Source: Takakia lepidozioides
Taxonomy: Eukaryota > Plantae > Bryophyta
DNA: 64,000 nt
Assembly: GCA_030704615.1 (NCBI GenBank)
Contig: CM060732.1
Location: forward strand, 72,540,001-72,604,000
Reading direction: 5' to 3'
This document shows positions 1 through 13,830 of this stretch, one piece after another. Numbering within the stretch: position 1 is the first letter of the stretch; the number at the start of each line of letters is the position of its first letter. The position numbers and the translations under genes were made by a program. Under the pieces are notes generated by a model that saw nothing but the letters and a program-made list of their open reading frames with translations, was not told where the DNA came from and made no database searches.

Positions 1-94
1 TTTTATTTTAAGAGACATTCCTTCAAAATATACCATGAATATGAATATGTATACCACAAATAAGAATTAAAATAGAAGTTTGAGTTGCATTTTC

Positions 95-330
95 TATTTT
101 TCAATATCAATTCTTTAAACATGTTAAGAATAGTAATATGCCTCAAGGGTAGATCACTATAGCATGGAGGTGTGGGATCTGGCCTAATAATAATATATGA
201 CGCCTCCTTTGGGAGGTGTAAATTATGGTCCCATAGGGCACAACTTTGTGACACCACTCCGTGGATTGAACCCACAACCGCTTTTGAGGTGGTGTGTAGG
301 CATTATCACTGGGCTATAACGTGGTGGGGT
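95..330 (-). mobile_element. Possible tRNA-derived SINE
   Basis: On the minus strand, A-box-like TAGCCCAGTGAT (316-305) and B-box-like GGGTTCAATCC (273-263) at tRNA spacing, followed by an AT-rich tail. Ends uncertain. Confidence 0.35.
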
Positions 331-426
331 TGGCTGCTGCAGTGGCCTATTGCTGCTCGTCCCCTCCACACATATGACAAAACCTACCAAATCTAAGGTG
401 GACCCCGCATGCCCCATCTAAAATTA

Positions 427-674
427 AGACCCGGACCCTGACCCGCTACATTGGCCCGCGGATAGTGGGTTTAACGGGTCCTGGACCCAGCAGGCGGGTC
501 CGGGTCCGGGTTCATTTTAGAAATGAACACGGGTCAGGGCCCGGGTTTTTTGTGATAGCACGGGTCCAGGTGCAGGTGCGGGTAACCCGGATCCTAACCC
601 GCCGGGCACCCGCCTTCAAAACCCGGACCCGCACAACACTGGTCTGAACCCGGACCTGCACAACACTGGTCTGA
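427..674. mobile_element. ACCCG/CGGGT-rich MITE-like (hAT-type) end with a 27-bp tandem duplication
   Basis: Dense ACCCG/CGGGT motifs in both orientations. ACCCGGACC(C/T)GCACAACACTGGTCTGA occurs twice (621-647, 648-674). CACAACACTG is the reverse complement of a CAGTGTT-type terminus. Confidence 0.45.
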
Positions 675-1510
675 ACGTCGATGTCTTATTCTCAGTTTAT
701 TGCACCTGCTATCTCTAGGTCTGAACGTACCTTTAGGGCCACACCACACTAGCGGCAAGGGGGGAGCGGTACTCAATTTCGGACCCTCCTATTGGCTTAA
801 GGGAGGACAGTGTGCCGCTCTGCCAGTGTAGGCTCAATCACTGACTACAGTGTGTGTGCCTAATGGTGTACCAAGGGGTTTTAATTTTTTCCTCAAGTAA
901 TTCCAAATAAAATTAAAACCAGGGCCACTGTCCCCTGTTCTCTAAAAACATTAATAATTAAATAAAGTAAAATTTAAAAACAAAAACATGAATTATCGTA
1001 TTTCTAACAATATTTCAAAGAGATCAATAATATACCCCCACGTGTACATACCAATACGTGGCAATCCAGGGTAAAGGTTGGGAACGTGGGAACTCATCCC
1101 GCGATGCAATGGACTCACTAACAATTCACTACTAGCCACTCGGGCTCACTGATCCTCTGACTACTCCATTCGTGACTGTAATTAAGTCACTAATCCACTC
1201 ACAAACCCTGGGGTGTTCACTAATCCATTCTCTCACCCTCTACACTGGGCTGGAGAGCTTTGCTTCTCCCAGCTCCTTTCTCTCTCGCACATCAGTCTGG
1301 TCCTCATAGCTTACGAGTGGTTCAGTCTAGCAACAGGAGCTTAGAACAATCCGCTTCATTTTTCTCGTTTGTTCTCTCTCTGTCTGTCTTTTTTTTGACT
1401 AGCTGGGTTGCTGCAGAGGTCGATATACATGCTATATTGTTTGGAGATACTTTCGCTGAGACGGAATTCACTCTCCTTCTAGCTCTAATCTCTCATAGGA
1501 AGTACAAGCA

Positions 1511-2700
1511 ATGTCGTCAGAGATTGCTCTTAAGGCAGTGGCGTTGACGCATGTGAGGTACACAGCTGGGGACGACTTCGGTCATGCACTGGCATGGGCA
1601 TCACTGCTGCCAGTATTCATTGGGTTGGGAGGATTTGTATCGCATTTTATTTTCCGGCGCGAGCTTCAGGGCCTGTGTTTTGGTATGGGATTGATTGTTT
1701 CGGAAATTATCAACCAGGTACTCATCGGGTTCTAACCTCTTCTTTCTAATGCTTTTATGTTTCGCTTGATGGGCATCTGTGTTTACCCCTGACTTTGTTC
1801 AACTGGAAGCTCCGTGACTTTGAGTTAGATTTTGGAGCTTATTTCTGTTATTCAAGTGGGTGCTTCAATGAGATCGTTGGTTTTCTCGAGGGTGAAGAGG
1901 GGGATTGCATTTCGCTGTGGAAGAAGAGGTTCCTGGAGAGAGGGAGACAGAAAATGAGGGCTTCTCAAATCCTAGTGTGAGAGCCCTAACTGAACAATCT
2001 ACCATCAGTCTCTATGCAGTCTCTTAGGGCACCAAAAAAATGTAAGTCTAAAGAATTAAATTACAACAAGTTGCAACAGGAGGCACGCCATATGACATCG
2101 AGGCGCCAGCAAGCCCCCTCGTCCCCTAGGCTGTGGAAAGTGATTTTTTCTTAAGATTGTTGGACCATCTGGTAGAGATGTTGGGTTCAGTCCTTGATGA
2201 ACGAAATGTGGTTGCAGGTAATTAAAGACCTAGTGAAACAGGCACGCCCTTTGACATGTGCTGCTCTGGAGATGTGTGAATCAAATGGGTGGCCCTCGAG
2301 CCATTCCCAGTACATGTGTTTCTTTGCAATGTATTCCACTCTCCTCTGTGTCCAAAAGCTTCATTTTGCAGATCCATTCCGCCAAACCGTCACAACATTC
2401 TTGCCCTGGCCATTTGCACTTTTAGTGATGTATTCGAGGGTGTATTTGGGGTACCATACCACAGCACAAGTTCTTGCAGGGGGGTTCTTAGGTCTCATTT
2501 TGGGCACTTTCTGGTTCATTTTTATCAACAATGTGGTTGCTCGCTCATTTCCCGTGCTAGAGAACACGGGATTCTGTCGCTACCTTCGCATCAAGGACAG
2601 CAGCCACATTCCTGATGTTATTGGATTCGAATATAACAATTCAAGGGCTGCACAGCAAGAGGCCAAGTCTAAGCCATTCAACAAGGTGTCTGAGGACTGA
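1511..2700 (+). CDS. LPPG: Lipid phosphate phosphatase gamma / dolichyl-diphosphatase (PAP2 family), join(1511..1717,2218..2700), 229 aa
   Basis: LKAVALTHVRY N-terminus; PAP2 motifs KDLVKQARP, GWPSSHSQ, SRVYLGYHTTAQV. In-phase GT-AG intron 1718-2217. Confidence 0.93.
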
Positions 2701-3299
2701 AGCTGCAATGGTGGTCCACTTTGCTGATTCCTCCACAAACAAGTTCCGGAGGAGAGCCCACCTCCCACTTCATCAACCTGATTGTTTTAACAAGTTTTCC
2801 AAAGGGCAATAAAGCTTTGGGGCTGCTTTTCTTCTCCATGGCTAATGTATTTGTATGTAGTGCTCATCAAGTCTTCTTCAAGAGGAACAATGTAGCAAAG
2901 AACCAGAAGAAATTTGAGTTGAGTATATCCAAGTAGGTTTAAGGCTTGAAGGTTGACAAATACTATACATGAAGAAAACCAAGAGGGCCCTCTTTTGAGA
3001 GTCACATCCAAAATTAAAGTGCTATGTACTCTCTGCAGGTTGATGGTGATTTAAAAAGTTTCAAATTCCCTGGCAACCCACCAATGAATTGACAGGTGAC
3101 AAGTGACATGAACTTGTCTCTAAAGCACCGCCATCCCCACCAGACTCTATGTGAATGTCTTCTGGATAATTTTCAAATGCTGATGTGATCCAGACTTCCA
3201 ATGCTTATCCCCAGCCAACCATTCGGATGTGATACTGCTACTCTCGATGTGATGGGGGTGGTATCTGTGAAGGAAAGTGACACATTCAGTTCACACTGT

Positions 3300-5680
3300 G
3301 CGCGCTTATGTTGTCAAAAGCTACAAGTCCAGTCAGTCTTGTTCTCTGGAAGCTCAGTGCATGCCAAACTCCTCACCCATTTACCCATATCCATGGCCAC
3401 TAAGAGGACAACAACAACATTGTACATTGGAAGTTCTTCCCACGACCTCAGCTTAGAACACAACTGGCAAGGCTTTGGCTGTTGTTATACATGGCAGAGT
3501 ACATTGCATCTAAACTTGATTTGAACCGAGAGTCAATGGTGGTTTGGGAGATCAACGGAGAAGATAGGGCATGGCTGAGAGAGAAGCAAGGAGAGGGGAG
3601 AGAGAAGTCGGCTCAGTGGTGAGAAGGGGAGCGATAGGGTACTCTAGTGTGAGGTGGCAAAGCCATTGGGTCGTGGCATAGAGAATCTGACTTGGTGTCA
3701 ATTGGTCGTTGCGAAATGTATTCAATAAAATCTTTGACATGCTTACAGAGGTGTGAGTATTACCGTCTAATACCATTGTACCAAAGATACCTTGATGAGA
3801 CTCAGTAGCCCAGTTATCATTTCTCTACTGTCAGATATCTGGAATGTGAAAAAAGTGAAGTTCCAAAACATGGAAAGTTTCAGAAACTACTTTGTCCTTG
3901 AGAGGTGAAGCTGTGAAAATCCACTAGCACCCTACTTTTGCTCTTTGTTTCAATAGCACAAATCAGAAGCCTTCCTCAATTTGAATGTCTGCGATGTTTT
4001 CAAAAAAACAAGTCCCTCCACCTCGAGGAAACACGTCAGGAATGGCTGATACATGCATTCCTATAAAACTTATCAATGTGGGGTATGTATGAAGAGCATG
4101 AATCGTAGTCCTAGAGTGCTGACTAAGTGACCACCATCGGGCCACAAGAATCCACCTCCTAACAAGGGGTCACCTATGCCATCTTTGTGCACTCACAACA
4201 ATTCTAAATGCCTCTTCAGCAGACAAACAACCAATGCCACAAAGTATGTGGGGGGAGGAGATGCCCAGAGTATCAGGAAGCAGTCAGTAAAATCACCTCT
4301 AGAGCCACTACATCAAGATGGTAGGTCTCCAACAGAATAGTTTGCAGCCACCAATTTCACAACTAGAACTCTACAGACTAATTCTGACCCATTCAATGCC
4401 TGAAAATGGAAACAAACACTACTATTGTATCCATCCAAGAGCTTCTGTGGGCTACGAGAACACAAATGCAAAAATCTGAATGCATACAAGAACCAACATG
4501 TTCATAACTGAACATTTGCACCCTCATAAAAATGGATGGTAAGAACAAATCACCAAATGTGGGTTGCCCTCTGAGATATTCTGGAATGCTCAGAGCCTTA
4601 GCTGCCCCCTCCAAGAAGGGTCTCTCACAGACACACATAACCTTTGAATGCAGAGGGCCAGCTCTGTCCCTCCACCTTACAAGAGAAGAGGGAAATGAAC
4701 AGGGTAGATGTGTTTCACAGGATCCAGCCACATGAGTTAAGAACACAACATACCTCCAAGAGCTTTGCTGGCACAACCTGCCTCCAACATATGCAGCTGT
4801 CTTCACGCCTTAGATATCAACTGGGGTTTGCAATCAAGAGAGGATACTAGCTGAACTGCACGATATACAGCATCTAAAAAGTTACACAACGCCAAGGAGG
4901 TAACTGGGAAGATATGAAATTACACTTATGGACAGAAAACTTGGTTCCTCGAACTGCCACATCAAGGCTAGACATGAATAAAAGGGCACCACCTGAAATT
5001 GATCTCCAAGAATTCAACCTCTTCATCCATAAACGATTGCCTCTACCATAGCAGAATCAAGAATCAACTATTGTCCAATCCCCATGTACCTTAAGAAGCC
5101 AGAATCTGACTTTGCTGCACCTACGAGCTCATACTTTTGGGCATGATTACGAAGAAACTATAAGGATCCTTCAATTTCTTCCAAGTGGAAGGGATCGACA
5201 GCAGGAATAGGTCTCCTTAAATGTCCCTTTACTGGAGGATGTGAAAATGGAAGCATAAATATCCAACAGTTCATTAGGTTTCAAGGTCCATTCAAGGAAA
5301 TGGTCGATGAATTTATCCTCATGCTCACCCTAAATTTTGCTAAGAGCATAAGTACCCAGTCTGCAATCACGATTCCCTTCCGATGGGAAAACATCAGGAA
5401 CAACAAATGGGATTCTACCTTTCAGCACAAAACCATCCTTGCTGGTGGCAGCATGAAATGGACAGTTTGTGTAGTTGACTATTTCTGCTATACCAGATGG
5501 CACGAAGTTACAGGAGGAAAAAGGGGAAAAATGACTGATAAACCCGTGATAGTTACTGCTTGAACCCCTTCTTGATCGTCTCTGCCCGGATTTTTTCCAT
5601 TCTGCATCGTGGCTGTAATTGCTACACCTCTGAGCAAAATTAGTGCATCTGCATTTTCCAAACCCTTCAATCAAAGCACA
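3300..5680 (-). mobile_element. Heavily decayed L1-like LINE relic
   Basis: Fragmentary minus-strand motifs: MQNGKNPGRD (like KSPGPDG) near 5590 and VCERPFLEG (like CxPKxEGGLG) near 4610. No continuous ORF; boundaries approximate. Confidence 0.35.
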
Positions 5681-5760
5681 ATGATCTCTCCATCATTTTC
5701 GACGGGATGGAAGAGAGAAAAAAGAGCTGAAAAAGTAGAGAGTATATCTTCTGTCTGTCT

Positions 5761-8539
5761 TTAAAACCCAATGGGTATATTAGAGTCAATGACACCCTCA
5801 GCCGCAAGGGACCCCTTCACAAGGCCTTCAACTCTTTTCTGCAAACTCTCGTAGCCTAGACGTTGCAGCACCTCTGCCCCAAAAGAGAAAACTAAAGCAC
5901 TGCGTGCTGTCAAACTGTCTATTCCTCGTGATCGAAAATAGAAAAGTTGTTCCTCTTCTAAGTCAGAAATTGCAGCTCCATGTGAACACTTAACATCATC
6001 AGCAATAATTTGTAAATTAGGTTTCACATTTACAGTTGCCCTGGGGGCCAGTAACAAGCTCCGACTTAGTTGCCCGGCATCAGTTTGCTGCGCGTACCTA
6101 CATCCCCAAACGTTGGTGCAAGGTGAGGGATTGTCACTTTATGGCCAAGTGAGCTTTGCATGACAGTTTAACCCCTGCATCACAGTGAGATCTGCACAAT
6201 TCTATCTACAGCCACTTATATCGTAGCTTTTCATCTACTGCAGCTTCCAATGGTCTAGTTCTGCACATGGTGTTGCCAGGACATCCAGCCCTCAAAATTT
6301 GTATGCCTGAGTCCTAACACCGTGACACCATACCAAAAATCTCGATTACATAAGTGCTAAGAGAAGTAAGGTTTTACCTGTTCACCCGGACGTTGCCATC
6401 AAACACAGCATGACCAGATGAATCACAGACAATGCATTTGTGAAGCTGTCGGCTGACCCCCCGTGGATGACTCAGTACCAGCCGGCTATGAAGGTCTTGC
6501 AGCTGCTGTTTGCCGGCCAAAAGGAATGTGGAGAACTCTGTGTTGGTGTCAGATCCCAATTGCATGATCTGAAGGTTATGCCTGCTGAGGCGGCCACCCA
6601 CACCTGCCTCGACCAATTTGTAGGTACTAGCTTCTGCCTGCGCAGCATCATAAGATTCTCAAAGTTAGGAAACCCGCATTATACAAGAAATACAGGATAT
6701 TACATTGTAAGCTGCCATGCCTGTTATGTGGAAGTATCTCTCTGGTATCAAAAGTGATCACCTGAGAAACAAAGGTTTGCTTAATATGAACAGAATCTCG
6801 CTCTTGCTCCTGGACATAGCTGTGCGCCACTTCAGCATTCTTTGACACCACAATTTCACACACTGAATTTGTCCAATATGTTGCCCCCGTCGTCCCCACA
6901 AACTCCTCGACTACCTCCACTTTGGCATCTTCCTCAACCACCACAAGTAGGCGGGCACTAGAGAGTGAGACAGAGTCAGCCCCTTCTTCCTCTGTCTTTT
7001 GCATTCCCAAAGAGTAGTAAATGACATGCACTGGCTTCTCTAGGTGAACCCCTTTGGGTACAAAGACCAACCCCCCATCCTGAACACCAATTCCATTCAG
7101 GAATGTGAAAATGTCATCTTGGGTTCCTTTCGCTGGGTTTCCAAGAAACTCCAAGGATGGTAATAGGGCAGCCCCGTCTCTCTCTTCTGAAAGAGTGTGA
7201 ATGCTCCCCACAAACGTCCCCTCTGGTAAACCCTTGAGATGCGACAGAGACTCTGAAATCACTCCGTCCACAATGACTAACAATGTGCTCCCTGCTTCCC
7301 CAAGGTTAAGACCTGGAACCATAACAAAGTATTTCAATCTACAGTTAGTTGCTACCACATATTCAAATATCTGCATTACTGCAATGCAAATACATTCTCT
7401 CTCTCTCTCTCCCCCAAACTGGACAGGGGGGTCTATATGGCCACAAGGCTAAGGCAAACAACGGAGTATATTCTCTCTCACCCAAACTGGACAAGGCTAC
7501 GGCAAACAACCTCTTATGAGTACATTGTCTCTCTCTAAATCCTAAATCCCTGGCCCTGTTGGGTTATAATTGCTGGGCAGCTCACACACAGAAGATTGAT
7601 GCTTGTGTGAAAGGCTTTCTACTGGAAATCTGGAAAGCCCAAACTAATTGTTATCGTCAAGGTAAGTCCCACTACTGGAGTGAGCCCCACACAAAGGTAG
7701 TGTCTGTTCCCTCTTGTTCCGCCCAACTGGGCTTCGGGTCTCTATGGCCACAATGCTGCAGCAAATGGCCTCTTATGAGTACATTCTCTCTATCTCTAAC
7801 CTTGACGTCGTGAGGCAAACATGAGAGGGCAGACACATATTGGAAGCATGATGGTAGCTCAATGAAGCAAACAATACCTGAGAGGTCGAGTGGTAGGTCT
7901 AGAGGGGGCGCCTGGGCGGGCACAATGGTAAGATTCTTGATAAATTTGACATCGGTAAACCGATAAGCTTCATCTTTATTGTTTGGCCACCGGGAAGTGA
8001 GTGTCTTCTCAGAAGCCTGCTGTCTCAACCTCGCCAAGGCTCGACTTCCCGGGCTATCCAACTGCCCTTCGGCCACAGAATCTTCAAGTTTTTCTGCAAG
8101 ATCTAGGAGGAACAGGTCCGGCTCAGTGGGCCTTGAGAGGCGAGAAAATGATGCATCGGCTTGGTCTCTGAGAGAGGCAGAGCCGGAGATGGATTCGGCA
8201 GCTGGTTCAGTGAAAGACGCGTTCACGGCAGCCTGGCACCTTCCTACCCTGGGTTCCAATATGGAGTCGGCAAGGATTACCAAAGTTTTATCTGTGTCTG
8301 GTGCAGAGCGGTACTTCAATAATTTTCTGGTCAACCTGAGGAGAGAGAGAGGTATTCATCCACTGTTCCTTGTCAAAGCAGATTTGATGAACCAGCTAAT
8401 TGGACCACAGTCCTGGTGGGTGAGGAGGACCTTACGCACTGTTAAAGTGGTGGTTGAGTATCAATTTGAGGGAAAGCATTGGCATCGTAATCAAACCATA
8501 CTGGTTATTCCAGAACTGCCAATGTACTAATATACCCAG

Positions 8540-8592
<53 letters not shown>

Positions 8593-8879
8593 AACAAAGG
8601 CCCTGATCGACGGGCTCGGCAGTCACGTCCTATGCCCTCTGCTTTTCGCAGCTTCGCCTCCACGTATGAGGCTTCCACACTTTGACATTGCTCCCTTGTG
8701 CGCCCACTTCGTGCAGTGAGGGAGAACCCAGCAAGGAACACGGACTTATTATGCCCATCAATGGCACAGGGAGGTGGATTCAAGCGACAAGGAGAAGCCG
8801 ACGGTTCACGCAAGGACAACAATGATGAATTACATGCTTGCAGCATGCACACTGTCATCGTGCTCATGTGTGCATGCAT
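5761..8879 (-). CDS. SUFD: Plastid Fe-S assembly protein SufD (ABCI7/NAP6), complement(join(5761..6097,6378..6637,6762..7312,7878..8335,8593..8879)), ~630 aa
   Basis: KDEAYRFTD, QLHKCIV...FDGNVRV, KPNLQIIADDVKCSHGAAISDL, LFYFRSRGID. All four GT-AG introns are phase-consistent. Exon 1 is transit-peptide-like; the true start could be a downstream ATG. Confidence 0.93.
8543..8587. repeat. (GA)n microsatellite in SufD intron 1
   Basis: About 22 perfect GA units. Confidence 0.95.
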
Positions 8880-9412
8880 GAGAGGAGAGATAGAGCCACA
8901 GATAGTGGCAAGACTAGCCTACGCATGAGAGGGAGAGAAAGATCCGCATTTCTGAGCAAACCCACAAGACCTGTTGTCCTCACAAACCCACAAGCTTTTA
9001 TGTTGACAACCTGCAAGGCCTGCAGAGAGAGAGACACACAGCGAGACAGAGGGAGAAGAGAGAAGAGAAAACGAGAAGAGTTTTGTTCGTATATTTGGAT
9101 ATGTCCAACAGAGCATCCAGGCTACAGCGGTAGACGAATACGACCAGACATGGATGACATAATATATCATCCATCCGTACACATGCGAAACGAGGCGATG
9201 ACATCTGGAATCAACTAGGGATTGGTTTGGACTTAGGATCTGGATATTGGTGAAGAAAAATTTCAGTAGGTTGCCTGGACCTAATTATATTTTATTTTAT
9301 CAATTCTAATTCTTCCTCTCTCTTGGTTCCTGCTGTCTGCCTTCCTGTTGTCTACCTTCCTGATTTTGACCACGTTGTTATTGCAATTTCTTTCAACCCT
9401 CCTAGTGTGCAC

Positions 9413-9787
9413 TCAAGAGGTTAGGTAGCGCAGGAGCATACTCACGTGAGCACAAGGGCATATTCTCCGAATTTCCATGAAATTTCCACGAAATTTCCAC
9501 AACGAAATTTCCACAGGTTTGGCGAGCTCAACAATCTTCACTGGCCGTTTCATTCCACTCTGGACATTCATCTGCTCCATACGATCCAGAAACAGATTCA
9601 ACACATAGCGTGCACCATTCGGGTGCACGGTAGAAACTATCGTCCCAAGATCAATTTGACTGAGCCCATTTGCGACTGCATGGCGGATATTTTTTGCTGC
9701 AACATCACTATACAGTTTCCACCCACGATCTTCCCTCCAATATACACCAGGACGGATGGGGTCGGCACAGGGCTGCAAGACACACAT
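9413..9787 (-). CDS. Small WWE-domain protein (124 aa from ATG at 9787)
   Basis: VYWREDRGWKLYSDVAAKNIRHAVANG...YVLNLFLDRMEQMNVQSGMKRPV matches the WWE pattern W-x-W-xx-Y...Y.(I)DL..M.Q.N..(T/S)G..R.V. Confidence 0.65.
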   Translation of the reverse strand: MCVLQPCADPIRPGVYWREDRGWKLYSDVAAKNIRHAVANGLSQIDLGTIVSTVHPNGARYVLNLFLDRMEQMNVQSGMKRPVKIVELAKPVEISLWKFRGNFMEIRRICPCAHVSMLLRYLTS

Positions 9788-10322
9788 TGAAGACGGAAGC
9801 GATGCGCTCGGGCACTGACCCAAAAGCTGAGGAAACACAATAGAATAGATCTAGATGCTGCCAACAAGTTTATTCTCCAGCTCAGAGACACTCGAGCGGG
9901 ATAATCTGAGAAGCTCCAGAAAGAGAGAGAGAGAGAGAGAGAGAGAGTGAGACGACGGAGACGCGCATAGAACTCAACAGGGCCTTGCAGGCAATAGCAA
10001 AACAGGAAATTGAGCAGCTGCAACAGCGATGGAACTCTTATGGAATACTCAAAACTCAAGCCATACTGCAGGCTCTATGTACACACGATATGATTGCCTC
10101 CCCATCATCCCCTTCAATGCCTGCATCATTATATATGAAGATGACTATGTATAAACTCGTTAAGAGTTTGCCGCAAAGAGTTTTCACACATTTTCTTTAA
10201 GTGAGTTTCAACGATACTAGAGAATCTGAAGAGCCTTGCTCAGGGATACATATCCATTGAAGACTGCCCACAGATACTCAGAATTTCGGGACAAACTGTA
10301 ATACTGCTTTTTGCAGTTTACC

Positions 10323-11790
10323 AACACGAAACTCTTGTTTGACAGTGTTATGGTTTAAGAATTTGCATGCTTTAGAACCAATATGGAGGGATATGAACTG
10401 CTAGTTCGGCGTAGCAGAAGAGTTTCTCAACACGAAACTCTTGTCTGATAGTGTTATGATTTAAGAATCTGTATGCTTTAGAACCAATATGGAGGGATAT
10501 GAACTCAGGCATATGAACTGCTAGTTCGGTGTAGGAAAAAAGTTTCTAAACACGAAACTCTTCTCTAACATTATTTTTGTTCAAAAACCTGCATGCATTT
10601 GGAACAATAAGGAGGGATACTAATTAAGAGATTTGAACTCTTTCGCCTTGACAAAATAGTTTCTCAACATGAAACTCCCGTTTAACATTGTTTTAATTCA
10701 AAAGTATGTACAAAAGACTGCATGCTTTTGAACCAATATGGAGGGATATGAATTGAGAGATGTGAATTGCTTTGCCATAACAAAAGAGTTTCTCAACACG
10801 AAACTCTTCTCTGACAGTGTTTTTGTTTAAAAACCTGCATGTTTTGAACCAATATGAAGGGACATGGACCGAGGGATGTGAATTGCTTTGCCATAACAAA
10901 AGAGTTTCTCAACACAAAACTCGTATCTGAAAGTGTTTTTGTTCAAAAACCTGTATGTTTTTTAACCAATATGGAGGGACATGGACTGAGGGATTCGAAA
11001 TGTTTTGCCATAACAAAAGAGTTTCTCAATACGAAACTCTTATCTGACAGTGTTTTTGTTCAAAAACTTGAATGCTTTTGAACCAATACGGAGAGATATG
11101 GACTGAGGGATTTGAATTGTTTCGGCATAACAAAAGAGTTTTTCAACACGAAACTCTACTCTGACAGTGATTGTGTTAAGAAAAACTGCATTATTTTGAA
11201 CAAATATGGAGGGATATGAACTGATTTGAACTCTTTGCCGTGACAAAAGAGTTTCTCAACATGAAACTCTAGGGTGACAGTGATTTTGTTCAAAAACCTC
11301 CATGTTTTTTAAACAATATGGAGGGATATGAACTAAGGGATTTGAACTCTTTTGCCATAGCACAAGAGTTTCTCAACCCGAAACTCTTGTCTGACAGGGG
11401 TTTCGATTTTGTTCAAACATCTCCATCATTTCCTCAACACGAAACTCTTGTCTGAAAGTGTTTTTGGAGGGATGTGAACTGAGGGATTTGAACTGCTTGG
11501 CGGTGACAAAAGAGTATTTCAACACGAAATGCTTGTCTGACAGTGTATTTGTTCAAAAACCAACATGTTTTTGAGACAATATGGAGGGATATGCATCGAG
11601 GGAATTGAAGTGCTTTCCTGTAACAAAAAAGTTTCTCAACAAGAAACTCATGTCTGACATTGTTCTTGCTCAAAAACTTGCATGCTTTTGAACCAATATT
11701 AAGAGATATCAACTGAGGGATCTGAATTGCTTCGTAGTAACAAAAGAGTTTTTCAACACAAAACTCTTGTCTGATAATCTATTTGTTCAA
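10323..11790 (+). repeat. ~117-bp tandem satellite, ~13 diverged copies
   Basis: Recurring AACACGAAACTCTTGTCTGACAGTG...GAACCAATATGGAGGGATATGAACT...CAAAAGAGTTTCTC at ~117-bp spacing. Confidence 0.92.
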
Positions 11791-12254
11791 AAACATGTGC
11801 GATTTTCTCTGGGCATCTCAAGAACATTTTTCTTGTTTTCTCATGTTTGTGAGCATCCTAAGTACACGCTACCCAACCTCTCTCTAGGGATCAGAGTTTC
11901 GCACTGCAAATGCATATCTCAATATGTAATTGTACTAGTTGTTAGAGGAGAGTTTCGCTCTGCAAAAATATACATGGGTAGGGCTTTTAAAAGTGACACA
12001 TTCATCATTTCAGCTACAATGTGATCTCTTCTCAGGCTGGTTGGTACAGAGTTTCGCCTTGCAAAATTATCCATGGGCGATGATCGTAAATTTAAGATTA
12101 GGCCTCACCGCCCACTCTCGTGCCTGTTATGAAAAGGGCTTGATATCGTGTGAGCACAACGTGAAAAAAACCACGCTTATAGGGTAACATGTTCATCATG
12201 TATAGGGGCTACTTGTTCTTTATGTGTTAGTTTTGCAAAATTGTTAGTTTCGCC

Positions 12255-12492
12255 AACTCTTTTTTTTTATGGCAAATGAGTTCAAATCCCTTAGTTCGTA
12301 TCTTTCCATATTGTTCCAAAAGTATGCAGATTTTTGTACACAACCACAGTCGGATAAAAGTTTCGTGTTGAAAAACTCTTTTGTTACGGCGAAGTATTGC
12401 AAATCTTTTAGTTCATATCCCTCCATATTTGTTCAATAGCATGTAGTGCTTTGAACAAATTCACTGACAGATAAGAGTTTCGTGTTGAGAAA
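12255..12492 (-). repeat. Two inverted copies of the same 117-bp satellite unit
   Basis: GAGTTTCGTGTTGAGAAAC and AGTTCATATCCCTCCATATT are reverse complements of unit motifs. Confidence 0.85.
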
Positions 12493-13830
12493 CATTTTTC
12501 AATCTTTGAATTCATTACTAAAAATTGTCGACATTGATGTTATCAAAGCGAAACAATCTCAGACCTTCTCAGATTCTGTGCTAAGATTCACGGCACAGAA
12601 GGAATATCCTGGTTTTATTGATGATCTAAATGACAGATGTACATGTTAACTCCGTTCCTTAAGAAAATTTCAGTAAGCGAAAGTATCATCATTTGTTATT
12701 CTGTCTATATTGTCTTGTAAATCATTTCAATCAATATCATTATATTTTCTGATTACTGTGTGTTTGGGGTTATTTTCGGACGAGGGAATAAATATATTTT
12801 TCGAGTTCTATTTACATTTCAATAGCATTAGAATTGTATTTTGTATCAACTTCGTTCCATGAAATTGTTGCGATATTTTTTCTTTTAAGGTTCTCTTTCT
12901 CAATGCGAAACCCACCGCTGCTTAGGTTTGTGACCATATCACCAAGTATTTCTCAATGCGAAACTTGCCGCCGCCGCTATATGTTTAGGGTTTCTGGCTA
13001 CACTACTGAAGGTTTCACCTCACTGGGTTGGTGCAGATGTATCGTATAAATGCACCAATCCTCTACAATCTGCTTATGGTTTTATTCCATTCTGAAACAT
13101 ATAACAATCGGTCAGGTGTTCAAGAATTTGTAAAGTACCTCCAAAAATGGAATGAAAGTTGACTTGGGGGAAGGTATATCCAAAAACAAATAAACAAGTC
13201 TTTACTATCAAATAAGTCTACAACATTTTTGTTGGCTCTCTTGTAGAGAGAGACTACGGAACACGTTATGCCAATGGAGAAAATGTGGTCAAAGGACCCC
13301 ACACCATGTCAAAGCTCCTATTGGTATGTTCTGCTGAGTCATGCCCTTGCTCTCACCTCCTCTTATGTTTTGCCAAAGCAAAAGAGCCCATCGCCGTTTT
13401 AGACTTGTTAATAATGAGCTTATCTTAGGACAATTTTCTAGACCCTTCAGTCCCCTAGGTTGATGTCATTGGATGGATATGCCCATTCCCCTACCCTTAC
13501 CCATTCCCTCGTAACCTATAGAACCACCTATGACAGTTGCACACTTTCGAAATAGCTTGTGGCGCCGAGGTTAAAAAATCATAAAACTCCCATGACCGTG
13601 GGTTGTGCTTAAGCGATACCAACCCCCACTTTGTTTTCGGGCTGACCAACCTTGGGCTCCCGCCCTCGCGCAGGGCAGCCTTCAAACAAAATGAATGCCC
13701 TCCGTCTAGGGTGGCAGCCCGAAATCCCAGGAACGCTGGACCAAGGCATTTCACCCTGAAATGCGGGTTTTCTGCATGGGGAGGCGCCCTACAAATACAG
13801 GGCTTTACGTGTTGATAATGTACACCAACA

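Noticed and set aside
7979-8530. 183-aa plus-strand ORF
   Set aside because: Antisense shadow of SufD exon 2.
10323-11790. CRISPR-like array
   Set aside because: Whole units repeat with no unique spacers, no cas genes, and the context is eukaryotic. It is a satellite.
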